Shown here: positions 1-10,196 of the stretch, piece by piece
Position numbering within the stretch: position 1 is the stretch's first letter
Layout: each line of letters opens with the position of its first letter
Assembly: GCA_040768905.1 (NCBI GenBank)
Contig: JAXGMA010000001.1
Coordinates: 383,464-447,463, forward strand
Length of the DNA: 64,000 bases
Reading direction: 5' to 3'
Source of the DNA: Christensenellales bacterium
GTDB taxonomy: Bacteria; Bacillota; Clostridia; Christensenellales; SZUA-584
The notes under the pieces: model-generated
Seen by the model: only the letters and a program-made list of their open reading frames with translations
Databases searched by the model: none
What the model was told of the DNA's origin: nothing
Translations under genes and position numbers: made by a program

Positions 1-375
1 AATACTCAAAACGTTGCCGGAAAATGTCAGCTGGGCAAGCTCTGCGGTGTGGGGCAGCGAACGCTCAATCGCAGAAAGATAGGAAAGTATGTCTGAACGC
101 GATGCGTGAAGCGTTTGCAGGTCGGAAAGCTGGCTGCGAAGCTGAGCGACCTGCCCCATAGTCAGATTCAGGCTTTCCTGTGTGACGGTCGTCATCATAA
201 GCTCCGATTCAAGCGCATAAAGCTTGAGTTTCGCGCTGGAAAGCGAGCGCAAAGGAAGAACAATGCCCGCCAGCAGAATGACGGCAAAGAGGATCGCAAA
301 CAATACATAGCTGCGCTTTTTGCCTGAGCCGGCCGCGATCTTGCGGTGTTTTAGCAGATTGATGTCGTTTTTCAT
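1..375 (-). CDS. pilN: PilN-like type IV pilus alignment protein (partial, runs off window)
   Basis: ATG at 375 overlaps the pilM stop (ATGA); reads MKNDINLLKHRK, then a TM helix (YVLFAILFAVILLAGIVLP); INLL is the PilN PilM-binding motif; not in the ORF track. Confidence 0.8.
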   Translation of the reverse strand, partial: MKNDINLLKHRKIAAGSGKKRSYVLFAILFAVILLAGIVLPLRSLSSAKLKLYALESELMMTTVTQESLNLTMGQVAQLRSQLSDLQTLHASRSDILSYLSAIERSLPHTAELAQLTFSGNVLSI

Positions 376-1412
376 TTTTGGTCCTCTCTAAAGGTCGCTG
401 CATAGGCATTGAGCAGAAACGCAAAACCCCGGCTGACTGCTTTTTTATTGGCTGCCGCAAAAAGAGCCGCTGCGTTGCGCACCGGGATCTCAAGGTGTTC
501 CTGCATGTATTCCTCAAGCCCGGGCAAAAGAGCGCCGCCGCCCGCAAGAAACGCAGCTGTGATGGGTGTTTTGTTGCGGCTTTTGTAGTAGTCCAGCACA
601 CGGACAACCTCATGGAGCATGGCATCCACTTCATTGACGACAGCAGACTGCATCTGGCTGTTTGGGTGCTGCCCGATCAACAGGTTTGCTTCGCGCTTCG
701 TGGCTTCTGACGCAAGTATATCTTTGCCCGTTTTTTTGGAAATGGCTTCCGTAATGGTCTGGCCGGAACGCCTGATGTTGTTGCTGACATAATAGTCTCC
801 GTTGTGATAGATGCTTACACGTGTCGATTTTGAGCCTATATCGATGATGCAGATGCCGCCTTCACCGGGAATGTTGCCGCACTGCTGATTGTATTTAAGC
901 AGTTTTTCTCTTGCATTTTCGCAAGTATCGACGATGCTGAGGCTCAAACCTGCTTTGGAAAGCACTTTTCTAAAATTGTCGATCATCCGTTTGTGCGCGG
1001 TCGAAACAAGCACCTTGTACATTTCGATATCGTCTTCCTTGACCGTGCCGGCAATTTTGTAATCGATATGGTATTTGTCAGGGCTGACAGGAAGATATCC
1101 TGACATCTCATTGACGATATTTTGGTACAGTTCTTCTTCAGGCAGTATCGGCAGTGTCAAATGGCGGATGATGATATCGCTTCCGCTTAAAACAAGCGTG
1201 CATTTGCCAGACGAATGATGCGATTTTTTCCTCGCTGTCTTCAGTGATTTGATAAGGGCATCGTCGTAGACGATACTTAAGTCTTCAAGGCAGCCTTCGG
1301 GCAATTTGTGTACGGCAAATTTCGCTAAGCGTCCGTCAGCTGTTGTCTGCACGATTTTCAAATTCGCGTTGCCGATATCAAGGGCAACCGCTGCTGTAGG
1401 TTTAACTGGCAA
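372..1412 (-). CDS. pilM: Type IV pilus assembly actin-like protein PilM
   Basis: ALDIG, IDIGSKST and LAGGGA actin-fold motifs; position in pil locus. Confidence 0.9.
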   Translation of the reverse strand: MPVKPTAAVALDIGNANLKIVQTTADGRLAKFAVHKLPEGCLEDLSIVYDDALIKSLKTARKKSHHSSGKCTLVLSGSDIIIRHLTLPILPEEELYQNIVNEMSGYLPVSPDKYHIDYKIAGTVKEDDIEMYKVLVSTAHKRMIDNFRKVLSKAGLSLSIVDTCENAREKLLKYNQQCGNIPGEGGICIIDIGSKSTRVSIYHNGDYYVSNNIRRSGQTITEAISKKTGKDILASEATKREANLLIGQHPNSQMQSAVVNEVDAMLHEVVRVLDYYKSRNKTPITAAFLAGGGALLPGLEEYMQEHLEIPVRNAAALFAAANKKAVSRGFAFLLNAYAATFREDQK

Positions 1413-1435
1413 GTGAAGCCTCCTTAATCATTTGA

Positions 1436-2893
1436 CTATTGCCGCCCGGCAGCTGACACACTCTGGCTCATGATCACGCTTGCATCAATGACCGTTGCGC
1501 TGCTCCCTCCGGCACCGGTGAAAAGAAAAGAATTTTTTGGGTTTGACAGTGCGTTATTGACAACGGTCTGAGAATATTCTATGACCAGTGTATCTTGTTT
1601 GCTCGTTGTTGCATAGTAGATATTGCCTTTTGCGAACAAAGCACCGCCCACGGAGCAGCCTGCTGTAATAGCCACATCCCCGTAAGAATAAATGATACCG
1701 TTGATTGTCCCGTTGCCGAAATTGATCCGCGTGGATGAGTAAATCACGCCTGCGGAGTATACCTGTGATAATGAAATCGTTCCGGCTGCATAAAGACTCC
1801 CGGCGTAAGAGGTATTAGTGACTGTGATGTTTCCTCCGGCCATGATCAGGCCGTTGGCTGAAAAGCTTGAAGCAGAGATGCTGCCGTCGCACATAATATC
1901 GCCGTGAAATGTGCCGCCAGTGATCGTTAAGTTGCCGCGGCAGTAGAGATTGCCGTAGAAATTGCCGCCTCCGATCGTCAGATTTCCATCAGCATAGATA
2001 TCAGCGTACACATTGCCGATGCTCGGTATGTTGATATTGCCTTTTCCGTGGACGATTCCTCCGGCAATACCGCTGTTGCTGAGCGAAATATTGACGCCCG
2101 GTGCCGTGGTGATATAGATGGTACCGGCTGAGCCAGCCGAATAATTATAATTGTTCTGAGTGATATACACATTGACCGTGGGGAGGACAGGATCAGTATA
2201 AGAACTGTAGGACGCGACATCGGAGAGTGCATTGCCGGCCAGCGGATCAATGAGCAGCGAACCGCCCTGGTGCGAAAACCGAGAGTACCAGGGGCTTGCA
2301 TTGAGCTCGCGCAATTCTCCGGCGATCACATTGCCTGTGACGCTCATCTGGCGGTCGGTATCAAGATCAATGGCGCCGCCGATATAAAGAACAGTGTTCG
2401 GGACAAACCATGATCCTGATGTTAAATCCAGCCTTTTGACGATGACATTTCCGTTGACCTTATATTGCGTTCCGTCGGCTGTGGTCGATGTGGCAGAAAT
2501 AACAAACTCGCCCGCCTGTAAAGATGGATCAAAACTGCCTACTGAAAAGGAAGTGTCTGTGGCTGCGCCGCTGATGGCCGGTTCGATAAACGACTGGCTG
2601 GCCAAAGCATTGATATTGGCATAAAAGTTTTGATACAAAGCGTCATATATCGTGCCGCTTGAGTCTGCCATGGCCGCGTAATAGCTGGATACTTCATGTT
2701 TGATGTGTTCGATAGCGCTGTTGACGGCCGCTGCTGCCGCATAATAGGCATCGTTGGTCGTGGCGTCCGCCACGTTGCTCTTCAGCGTTCCCATCGAAAC
2801 GGTGGTGACAGCGAGCCCAAGCACCAGCAAAACAGTTACCGTGAGCAGCGCCATGACAAGCGCGGATCCTTTTTTATTTTTAAACATTCTCAT
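1436..2893 (-). CDS. PilX/PilK-like minor pilin with beta-helical C-terminal repeats (possible tip adhesin)
   Basis: KKG-SALVMALL PilX-type N-terminus without E5; many G-x-I-x-A-x-G-x-I repeats. Confidence 0.7.
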   Translation of the reverse strand: MRMFKNKKGSALVMALLTVTVLLVLGLAVTTVSMGTLKSNVADATTNDAYYAAAAAVNSAIEHIKHEVSSYYAAMADSSGTIYDALYQNFYANINALASQSFIEPAISGAATDTSFSVGSFDPSLQAGEFVISATSTTADGTQYKVNGNVIVKRLDLTSGSWFVPNTVLYIGGAIDLDTDRQMSVTGNVIAGELRELNASPWYSRFSHQGGSLLIDPLAGNALSDVASYSSYTDPVLPTVNVYITQNNYNYSAGSAGTIYITTAPGVNISLSNSGIAGGIVHGKGNINIPSIGNVYADIYADGNLTIGGGNFYGNLYCRGNLTITGGTFHGDIMCDGSISASSFSANGLIMAGGNITVTNTSYAGSLYAAGTISLSQVYSAGVIYSSTRINFGNGTINGIIYSYGDVAITAGCSVGGALFAKGNIYYATTSKQDTLVIEYSQTVVNNALSNPKNSFLFTGAGGSSATVIDASVIMSQSVSAAGRQ

Positions 2894-2917
2894 TTGACCA
2901 CCTGCTTTCGGCGGCTT

Positions 2918-3325
2918 TTAGCCTGCCAGCGACAAGGACGTTGATAATTCCGCGCCCTTTTCGTTTCTTATGGTGATGTGCAGCAGCTGTGCACTGATAC
3001 TGGCTTCGAAAAGAGCCATACCTCTAGCTATGACTGCATCATTACGGAGTATCTGATCGCTTTGCAGCTTGTATACGTCACTGCCGATGCTCAACACGTT
3101 GTCGATGCACGATATGCTGTCTGCATCTGCAAGGCGAAACCTGTTGGTGATTTCGGAAAGCACCTGCCGCATGTTTTGCTGCTCTTGCGCAGAGGCCGTG
3201 TTCATCGTGTACAGAACCAGGCCCTGCCCGAACAATCCGTACATCAAACCCGCCACAACGGCCAGCAGCGCCGCAACGATGACCAGCTCAATAAGGGTCA
3301 GCCCTTTTTTATTTGTCCATTTCAT
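2918..3325 (-). CDS. Minor prepilin
   Basis: KKG-LTLIEL class III signal peptide. Confidence 0.85.
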   Translation of the reverse strand: MKWTNKKGLTLIELVIVAALLAVVAGLMYGLFGQGLVLYTMNTASAQEQQNMRQVLSEITNRFRLADADSISCIDNVLSIGSDVYKLQSDQILRNDAVIARGMALFEASISAQLLHITIRNEKGAELSTSLSLAG

Positions 3326-4059
3326 GATACATCATTCCTGATGGTGATATAAGCTTCTGACTGTGCAATGGGCGTTGTCGCTGTAAAAGAGTCATAGACA
3401 CGCGATGTAACGCGGACCAGCGACTTATCGCCTCTGATGACGTCTTTGTGCTTGATGCCCTCGCCGCTTAGCACGATGAAGGCAGCATTGGCGCTTGTGC
3501 AGTAAACCACGGCCTTACAGCCGGTACCAAGATTAACTTGCGGTGCGTGGCCCTGCGGCATTTTCATCGCATTGATGACCAACACACAGTTGTTGTACGC
3601 GGATGTGCCTGTCAGAGCCAAGTCGTCGCCCGCAAAGCTGTAAAATCCGCCCGATATCTCGATGGAAATCTGTGCGGGGATCGCGTTGTAGAGCTGCCAT
3701 TTGCCGTCCGGCATCACAGCCAGCATTTTACCGTCTTCGCTAAGCAGCAGATGTGCATACACGCGGGACGATTCAAAAAGGCCGCTGCCTGCCCCGTGAG
3801 GCGTCATGGTTGCTGATAAGTAGTAATTGCCTGTTTGCTGCTTCGCTGGCAAATCAGCGAGGGCCTGCGCGTATGATGTGTTGTCAAGCTGTTCAAGATA
3901 ATCCTGCGCGATATAATTGGCGTTGAGGATGCCCCTCGCGGCAACATCTGTTTTGACTGCCTGCAGATAAATATTGAGCAGCGGAAGTGCGACCACGCTA
4001 AAGATAAAAACAGCGAGAACCACTTCGAGCAGCGTGTATCCTCTTTTGTTTTTTATCAT
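3322..4059 (-). CDS. Minor prepilin (PilV-like)
   Basis: KRG-YTLLEV class III signal peptide. Confidence 0.85.
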   Translation of the reverse strand: MIKNKRGYTLLEVVLAVFIFSVVALPLLNIYLQAVKTDVAARGILNANYIAQDYLEQLDNTSYAQALADLPAKQQTGNYYLSATMTPHGAGSGLFESSRVYAHLLLSEDGKMLAVMPDGKWQLYNAIPAQISIEISGGFYSFAGDDLALTGTSAYNNCVLVINAMKMPQGHAPQVNLGTGCKAVVYCTSANAAFIVLSGEGIKHKDVIRGDKSLVRVTSRVYDSFTATTPIAQSEAYITIRNDVS

Positions 4060-4844
4060 CCTATCAACCCCAGGTACCAGTTTATAAGTTCATTCCCGAA
4101 GAACACGCTCACGGTGACGCCCAGCGCAAGGAACGGCCCGAAAGGGATGGCATCTCCGCGCTTTTTTTGTTTAGCGGCAATAAGAATGATGCTTAAGATC
4201 GCACCCGTAAAAATGCCGATAAAATACGCGGGGATCACAAGGCGCCAGCCTGTGATCAGACCGCAAAAGGCCATCATCTTGATATCACCGCCGCCCATCG
4301 CCTCTTTTTTGAAAAGAAGAGCGCCAAGCAGCGCAATGAGTAAAAGAGGCAGAGCGCCTACGAAAAAGCCGATCACGTAACTGTGCCATGGATCGAAAAG
4401 TCCTGTTGCCGCTGTTATGGCAAGCTGTATGAAGCCGACCGTGAGCCCGGCAATCACAAGGCCGTTGGGGATTTCCATGTGGCGCATATCAATGACTGCG
4501 ATGACGATAAGCAGGCTTATCAGCGCTGCATAGACGGGCAGCACGGGAGAAAGGCCGAATCTTAAATAAAGCAGTAAAAACAGTATGCCGGTCAGCGCCT
4601 CTATCAAAGGATAAGCGGCAGATATCTTCTGTTTGCAGCCTCTGCATTTACCGCCGAGCCAAACGTAACTCAAAACGGGAACGAGATCGAAAGCGCCAAG
4701 CCGCCGCCCGCAAGCCGGACAAGAAGACGGTTTGCGCGCCAGCGAGAGCCCGAGAGGCAGCCTGTAAATGCAGACATTTAAAAAACTGCCGATGATCGTG
4801 CCGAATATGAAAATCAGTATACCGATAATAGGTTCCATCTTCAT
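4056..4844 (-). CDS. pilD: Prepilin peptidase/N-methyltransferase
   Basis: GSFLNVCIYRLP, two CxxC pairs, MGGGDIK, IPFGPFL. Confidence 0.95.
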   Translation of the reverse strand: MKMEPIIGILIFIFGTIIGSFLNVCIYRLPLGLSLARKPSSCPACGRRLGAFDLVPVLSYVWLGGKCRGCKQKISAAYPLIEALTGILFLLLYLRFGLSPVLPVYAALISLLIVIAVIDMRHMEIPNGLVIAGLTVGFIQLAITAATGLFDPWHSYVIGFFVGALPLLLIALLGALLFKKEAMGGGDIKMMAFCGLITGWRLVIPAYFIGIFTGAILSIILIAAKQKKRGDAIPFGPFLALGVTVSVFFGNELINWYLGLIG

Positions 4845-4923
4845 CCCTTGATCCCATTCATGTTATAAACTATATAACACAAAACTCAGCGAAAGAAACA
4901 AGTATTATATAACCATGAGTACC

Positions 4924-4962
4924 AAAAAAAGAAAGGGCGGAAGGCATAGTGCTTTCCGCCGT
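4924..4962 (-). terminator. Intrinsic terminator after major pilin gene
   Basis: On the minus strand a GGCGGAAAGCAC..GCCTTCCGCC hairpin is followed by TTTCTTTTTTT. Confidence 0.75.
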
Positions 4963-4981
4963 GTTCTTAAGTGTATAATGG

Positions 4982-5353
4982 TTATTCCTCGGGTGTGGCA
5001 ACGCTGGCCTTGGCTGCCGTGGCAACGCTGTCGCTGATTGAGACCCAGCCCCAAGCGGCCACTTCATCCTCTGAAACCACGATCTGAGGCCAGAAGCTTG
5101 TGCCTACTGCTGCTTTGGTAGCTGCAAGTTCGCCTTTGGTTGCAATGGCGCTTTCCGGGTTCAAAGCATTGTGTGTATTGATTGCCTGTGCAATCATTCT
5201 CGCATTGGCAAGCTGCACATTATCGCGTGCCTCTTGCGACATGTTGCTGAAAACCGGTATAGCGATTGCAGCCAGGATAGCGAGTATAGCGACGACCACA
5301 ATGAGTTCGATGAGCGTAAAGCCTTTTTTGTTCTTCTGCGCGCGTTTAAACAT
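4982..5353 (-). CDS. pilA: Probable major type IV pilin
   Basis: KKG-FTLIELIVVVAILAILAAIAIP; short; own AT-rich upstream region and terminator. Confidence 0.85.
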   Translation of the reverse strand: MFKRAQKNKKGFTLIELIVVVAILAILAAIAIPVFSNMSQEARDNVQLANARMIAQAINTHNALNPESAIATKGELAATKAAVGTSFWPQIVVSEDEVAAWGWVSISDSVATAAKASVATPEE

Positions 5354-5459
5354 TTTTTTCTCCTTTCAAGATACATGCATGTGACACCATTTACTGGTGC
5401 ATCAATAAATAACACCATTTTTATATATTGAAACAGGTATTTTATAACAATATTAATTT

Positions 5460-6674
5460 TTAACCTACGCTTTGGTATAAAGTCAGCATGGGCAGCAAGA
5501 CAGACAAAATGATCATCAGCACCATGACGGCGACGATGATAAGCAAAACGGGCTGGATGATAGAGACCAAGCCGGAGATCGCATTGCTGGCTTCTTCCTC
5601 AAAATACTCGGCAGTCTTTTCGAGCATTTGGTCAAGCGTGCCCGATTCTTCTCCTATCTTGGTCATCTGAACGAGCAGCGGCGGGAAAACGGCGGCCGCA
5701 TTGATCGCCATGTGCAAGGTGCGGCCTTTTTTGATCTGCTCCTCAACATCGTTAAGTTTTAATTCCGCCACCCTGTTGGAAACGACTTTGGATGCGATGC
5801 GCAGCGACTGCGTGAGAGATATGCCTGTTGCTGTGAGCGTGGAGAGCGTGCGGCTGAATCGCGCTGCGAGAAGTTTTGTCATGGTCTTTTTAAAAAGCGG
5901 AAGCTTGAGTTTAAGCTGATCTATCGACAAACGGCCTTTTTCGGTCGATTTATAAAACTTGAACAAAGAAAGAATCAGCAGCAGCGCACCCACGAGAACC
6001 ATCCACTGCTTCATGATGAAGTCGCTCAAGCCCAGCATCGCGACTGTGATGGCAGGGAGTTTAGCACCGACAGATTCGAAAACCGCCCTGAACTGCGGCA
6101 CGATGCTGATAAGCAGAAAGACAACCACAAGAACAGCGATGATACTGACGACGATAGGATAAGTCATCGCACTTTTAACCTTTTTGGCCAGTTTATACTC
6201 GCGTTCAAAGTGGGTGGCAAGCCGTTCAAGAGACAAATCCAAGGTTCCGCTTATTTCGCCTGCTTCGATCATCTTGACCATCAGGCCGGGCAGCATGCGC
6301 TCGTGTGTGGCGAAGGCCTCAGAAAGGCTTCTGCCCCGCTGAAGGTCTTCACCGACATTCTGGATGATCTTTTTAAGTTTGGCGTTTTCCGTTTGCTCCT
6401 CAAGCATTGAAAGTGCCTGCACCAGGGGCACGCCGGCCTTCAAGATGCTGGAAAACTGCGTGCAGAAAACGGCAAGGACGCGTTTGGGAAGCTTGGCGGA
6501 GCCTATGGTGATATCCGCCGAGCTTTTTGGCTGGATCTCAGCCAGATTCAATAAAAACAGCGATTTTGAGCGCAGGATATGCAGAACCTCCTGTCTGTCC
6601 GATGCTGTGATGATACCTTCAACTGTCTGCCCGGCGCGGTTTGATGCCTTGTACATAAATTTAATAGTGATCAC
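5460..6674 (-). CDS. pilC: Type IV pilus platform protein PilC (T2SSF)
   Basis: AGEISGTLD, SAMTYP, IGEESGTLD; duplicated T2SSF domains. Confidence 0.95.
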   Translation of the reverse strand: MITIKFMYKASNRAGQTVEGIITASDRQEVLHILRSKSLFLLNLAEIQPKSSADITIGSAKLPKRVLAVFCTQFSSILKAGVPLVQALSMLEEQTENAKLKKIIQNVGEDLQRGRSLSEAFATHERMLPGLMVKMIEAGEISGTLDLSLERLATHFEREYKLAKKVKSAMTYPIVVSIIAVLVVVFLLISIVPQFRAVFESVGAKLPAITVAMLGLSDFIMKQWMVLVGALLLILSLFKFYKSTEKGRLSIDQLKLKLPLFKKTMTKLLAARFSRTLSTLTATGISLTQSLRIASKVVSNRVAELKLNDVEEQIKKGRTLHMAINAAAVFPPLLVQMTKIGEESGTLDQMLEKTAEYFEEEASNAISGLVSIIQPVLLIIVAVMVLMIILSVLLPMLTLYQSVG

Positions 6675-6692
6675 CTCTTTTGGACTGCCGTA

Positions 6693-7742
6693 TCAAAGCA
6701 GCGTGGAAATATAGTTTTTATCAATTGAATAGGAAATGGCCGTTTCTCTTTTGATCCTGCCGTTTTTGTAAAGCGCTGCGAGCGAATCGTCCATCAGCTG
6801 ATTGCCGACATGCGCGGATGCCTGCATCGCGGAAACGACCTGATGCACCTTGTTTTCCCTGATCAGGTTGCGGATCGCGTGTGTAGCCACAAGCATCTCT
6901 ACGGCCGCGACGCGGGTTTTGTCGTCTGTAGAGAGCAGGAGCTGCTGTGAAATGACGGCCACTAGCGTCATCGAAAGCTGCATACGTATCTGCTGCTGCT
7001 GATGCGGCGGGAAAACGTCAATCACGCGGTCGATGGTTTTGGCGGCGCCTGTGGTGTGCAGTGTGGAGAACACAAGGTGACCGGTTTCCGCAGCTGTCAA
7101 AGCGATGCTGATGGTTTCAAGATCGCGCATTTCACCGATCAGTATGATGTCAGGATCCTGACGCATGGCGGCGCGCAGCGCAGCGGAATAATTGTATGAG
7201 TCAACGCCGATCTCGCGCTGGTTAACGATGCATTTATTGTGCTTGTGAAGATATTCGATAGGGTCTTCAAGCGTCAGGATGTGGCCGCTTCGCGTTTTAT
7301 TGATCAGGTCAATCATTGCCGCGAGCGTTGTGGACTTGCCGCTGCCGGTCGGGCCTGTTACAAGTATAAGCCCTCTGTTGAGCGTGCAAAGCGAACTGAC
7401 GACCGGAGGAAGCCCAAGTGCATCGATATCCGGCAGTTTGGAGTTAATAAGACGCATCGCAAGCGAAACACTGTGCCTTTGCATGAATGCATTGACACGA
7501 AATCGGTATTTGCCGGGTACTGAAACTGAAAAGTCACATTCGCCGTTTTTCTCAAAAGCAGCCCATTGGGTACTGTTCATAAGCTCTTTGGCAATCTGGG
7601 ACGAGAATTCCGGCGTAACTGTTGTTTCGCTTACAGGCACGAGCCCGCTGCTGACGCGCACAGTCGGAGGGATACCCACAGAAATGTGCAGGTCGGAAGC
7701 GCCCATAGCTGCTGTTTTTTCCATGAGGGCTGAGATGTTCAT
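6693..7742 (-). CDS. pilT: Twitching motility retraction ATPase PilT
   Basis: GPTGSGKSTT, EDPIE, RQDPDIILIGE, AIRNLIRE; start moved to ATG 7742, which overlaps the pilB stop. Confidence 0.95.
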   Translation of the reverse strand: MNISALMEKTAAMGASDLHISVGIPPTVRVSSGLVPVSETTVTPEFSSQIAKELMNSTQWAAFEKNGECDFSVSVPGKYRFRVNAFMQRHSVSLAMRLINSKLPDIDALGLPPVVSSLCTLNRGLILVTGPTGSGKSTTLAAMIDLINKTRSGHILTLEDPIEYLHKHNKCIVNQREIGVDSYNYSAALRAAMRQDPDIILIGEMRDLETISIALTAAETGHLVFSTLHTTGAAKTIDRVIDVFPPHQQQQIRMQLSMTLVAVISQQLLLSTDDKTRVAAVEMLVATHAIRNLIRENKVHQVVSAMQASAHVGNQLMDDSLAALYKNGRIKRETAISYSIDKNYISTLL

Positions 7743-9430
7743 GCGCTGTCTCCTTTGTAAGAATAAGAGGTGTTGATCACTTCCTGTATCGATATGTAGC
7801 CTTTTTCCATCAGTGAAATACATTCAGAAGCGATGGTCGTCATGTGTTGGTGTTTGACGGCATGATCCGCAATGGTATCCGGTGTGGCACCGCTCACGAT
7901 CATATCCCTAATTTCCCTGTCAATGATAAGGATCTCATGAACCGCTACGCGGCCTTTGGAACCTGAGTTGTTGCAGATTGAGCAGCCGCTGCCTTGGTAG
8001 ACGGGCTTATGATAAGATGGGGGAAGGCCGGCAGCAATCAGCTCAAAGCGGCTCGGCTGGTATTGCGTCTTGCAGTTCTGGCAGATGGTTTTGACAAGCC
8101 TTTGCGATAGTATGCCGACTAGCGACGCGGCAAGCATATAAGGAGGAACACCCATGTCGACAAGCCGCGAAATGGTGCCGGCAGCATCGTTGGTGTGTAT
8201 CGTTGACATCACAAGATGGCCTGTGATCGCGGCACGAATGGCGATCTCCACTGTTTCGCTGTCTCTGATCTCCCCGATCATGATGATGTCCGGATCCTGG
8301 CGGAGTATGGAGCGCAGACCCGAAGCGAAGGAGAGCCCAGCCTTGGTATTGACCTGGACCTGGTTGATGCCCGGCATAGAGTATTCAACAGGATCTTCCA
8401 CCGTGATGATGTTTTTGGTTGAATCATTCACTTCTCCAAGCATGGCATACAGCGTGGTTGATTTGCCGCTGCCTGTCGGCCCTGTGATCAGAATGATACC
8501 ATGCGGATTTCTCAGCAGCCCGTCAAATTTTTGTATATTCTGGGCAGAGAACCCGAGCCTGTCCTTGGAGACAAAGAAGTTTTCTTTATCGAGCAGACGC
8601 ATCACGATTTTTTCGCCGTGTACTGTGGGCATTGAAGACATACGGACGTCGATCTCATTGCTCGGTGTTATGATCCGGTATCTTCCGTCCTGCGGCACAC
8701 GCTTTTCGGCAATATCCATGTTGCCGATGATTTTCAGACGCGTGATCACTGCCGACTGCGCTTTTTTGGGTATCATCAGCGCACCAACGAGCTGGCCGTC
8801 GACGCGCATACGCACCCGTACGCTGTTTTCTCCCGGCTCGACGTGGATGTCGCTGGCCTTTGCCTTTGCAGCCTGTTCAAATATCGATGTCACGAGGCGC
8901 ACGATCGGGGCGTTCGAGATACTCGCAATGTCCGTTTCCGGCGCTGTGTCATCTGAATGGTCATCAGCGAGCTCTTTGATCGCTGTTTCAGCGAATTCAT
9001 TACCGTAAATCAGGCTGATGGCCGTATCAACGGTATGTTCAGAAGCGATCATGGGGAAGACTTCCATGCCGGAGACCACCCGCGCGTCCTCAATGGCGAT
9101 AAAATCAACAGGGTCTGCCATCGCGATAAAAAGCTTGCTTCCGTCTGTTCGCACGGGGGCCATCCTGTGCCTTTGCGCCAGCGAGACAGGCATAGTCTTC
9201 GAAAGCGACTTGCTTAACTTGATTGTATCTAAGTTGATATAGGGGATGCCAAGCTGGTATTGCATGACCTCCATGAGCTGCTGTTCTGTGATAAACCCCT
9301 TGGCTTTGAGTATCTTGCCCAGCCTTTCGCCGGATTGCTTTTGCTCGTTTAAACACACATCAAGCTGCTCGCTTGTGATGATCCCAAGATCTATAAGCAT
9401 TTCTCCTAGGTATTTATGCCTGATGGCCAC
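7739..9430 (-). CDS. pilB: Type IV pilus assembly ATPase PilB
   Basis: MshEN-like N-terminus (LGEMLIDLGII, RLGKILKAKGFI), Walker A GPTGSGKS, CxxC pairs. Confidence 0.95.
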   Translation of the reverse strand: MAIRHKYLGEMLIDLGIITSEQLDVCLNEQKQSGERLGKILKAKGFITEQQLMEVMQYQLGIPYINLDTIKLSKSLSKTMPVSLAQRHRMAPVRTDGSKLFIAMADPVDFIAIEDARVVSGMEVFPMIASEHTVDTAISLIYGNEFAETAIKELADDHSDDTAPETDIASISNAPIVRLVTSIFEQAAKAKASDIHVEPGENSVRVRMRVDGQLVGALMIPKKAQSAVITRLKIIGNMDIAEKRVPQDGRYRIITPSNEIDVRMSSMPTVHGEKIVMRLLDKENFFVSKDRLGFSAQNIQKFDGLLRNPHGIILITGPTGSGKSTTLYAMLGEVNDSTKNIITVEDPVEYSMPGINQVQVNTKAGLSFASGLRSILRQDPDIIMIGEIRDSETVEIAIRAAITGHLVMSTIHTNDAAGTISRLVDMGVPPYMLAASLVGILSQRLVKTICQNCKTQYQPSRFELIAAGLPPSYHKPVYQGSGCSICNNSGSKGRVAVHEILIIDREIRDMIVSGATPDTIADHAVKHQHMTTIASECISLMEKGYISIQEVINTSYSYKGDSA

Positions 9431-9618
9431 TCTGTGTCACCTTCTTACAAGACGTATTGTCACCCAACTATAGATTAATATAAACATCATGCTGTACCTT
9501 CAAACATTTATCCGTGTGTCTTATAAGCGGCATAAAGTGTCCGGGAACAGTATTTTTGCTTTACAGAGTTAAGCGTTTTATGTATACTTGAGTACGACAT
9601 TGATAAAAGGGGTTCGTT

Positions 9619-10119
9619 ATGCAAAAAAAACGTTTGAAGATACTGACCGCCGTCGTTCTCGTATTGTTACTGGCCTTGCTCGCAGCCGGCTGCGGAGCTG
9701 CCAGTATCCCAAAGCCCCAGCCCACGCAAGGCGCCAAAACAGTTACGGTGACGGGCAACTGTGATTTGGAGATAGAAGACAACACCATCATCGTATCGGG
9801 CGAGACAGATCTTATAGACGGTGCGTTGCTGCATGTGTCTGTCGTTTCTCAGGACGGCATGATCGTTGATTCGGTCAAGCTGACAAAAAGCGGGGATACT
9901 GTGGAGCAGCGTTTTATTATAACAGAAGAAAAATACGGTGACAGCGTGAAGACCATCACCGGTTTTATCGTGTGTGCGCCTTCTTTATACGGCGCGCAGC
10001 CGCAGGCTGTTTATGACGCTTACGGAAAGAGATTTGAAAACATTCAAGGCGATTTTGTCTGGAACGATAACGGCATCATCGTCCTGTTCGCTTCGGAAAC
10101 AGTGGAATTTGCACGATGA
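9619..10119 (+). CDS. Hypothetical lipoprotein
   Basis: Signal peptide with lipobox LAAG-C. Confidence 0.7.
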   Translation: MQKKRLKILTAVVLVLLLALLAAGCGAASIPKPQPTQGAKTVTVTGNCDLEIEDNTIIVSGETDLIDGALLHVSVVSQDGMIVDSVKLTKSGDTVEQRFIITEEKYGDSVKTITGFIVCAPSLYGAQPQAVYDAYGKRFENIQGDFVWNDNGIIVLFASETVEFAR

Positions 10120-10196
10120 TAGTGATAAAAAACCCCAATGGCCGCGGTAAAAGTATCCGCGGTCTTTTTTATTTTCAACGAAATCACGATGCGCCG

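Noticed and set aside
8154-9008. Long antisense ORFs (also 13232-14077, 14855-15577, 30025-30783)
   Set aside because: Shadow frames of conserved GC-rich genes with no recognisable motifs
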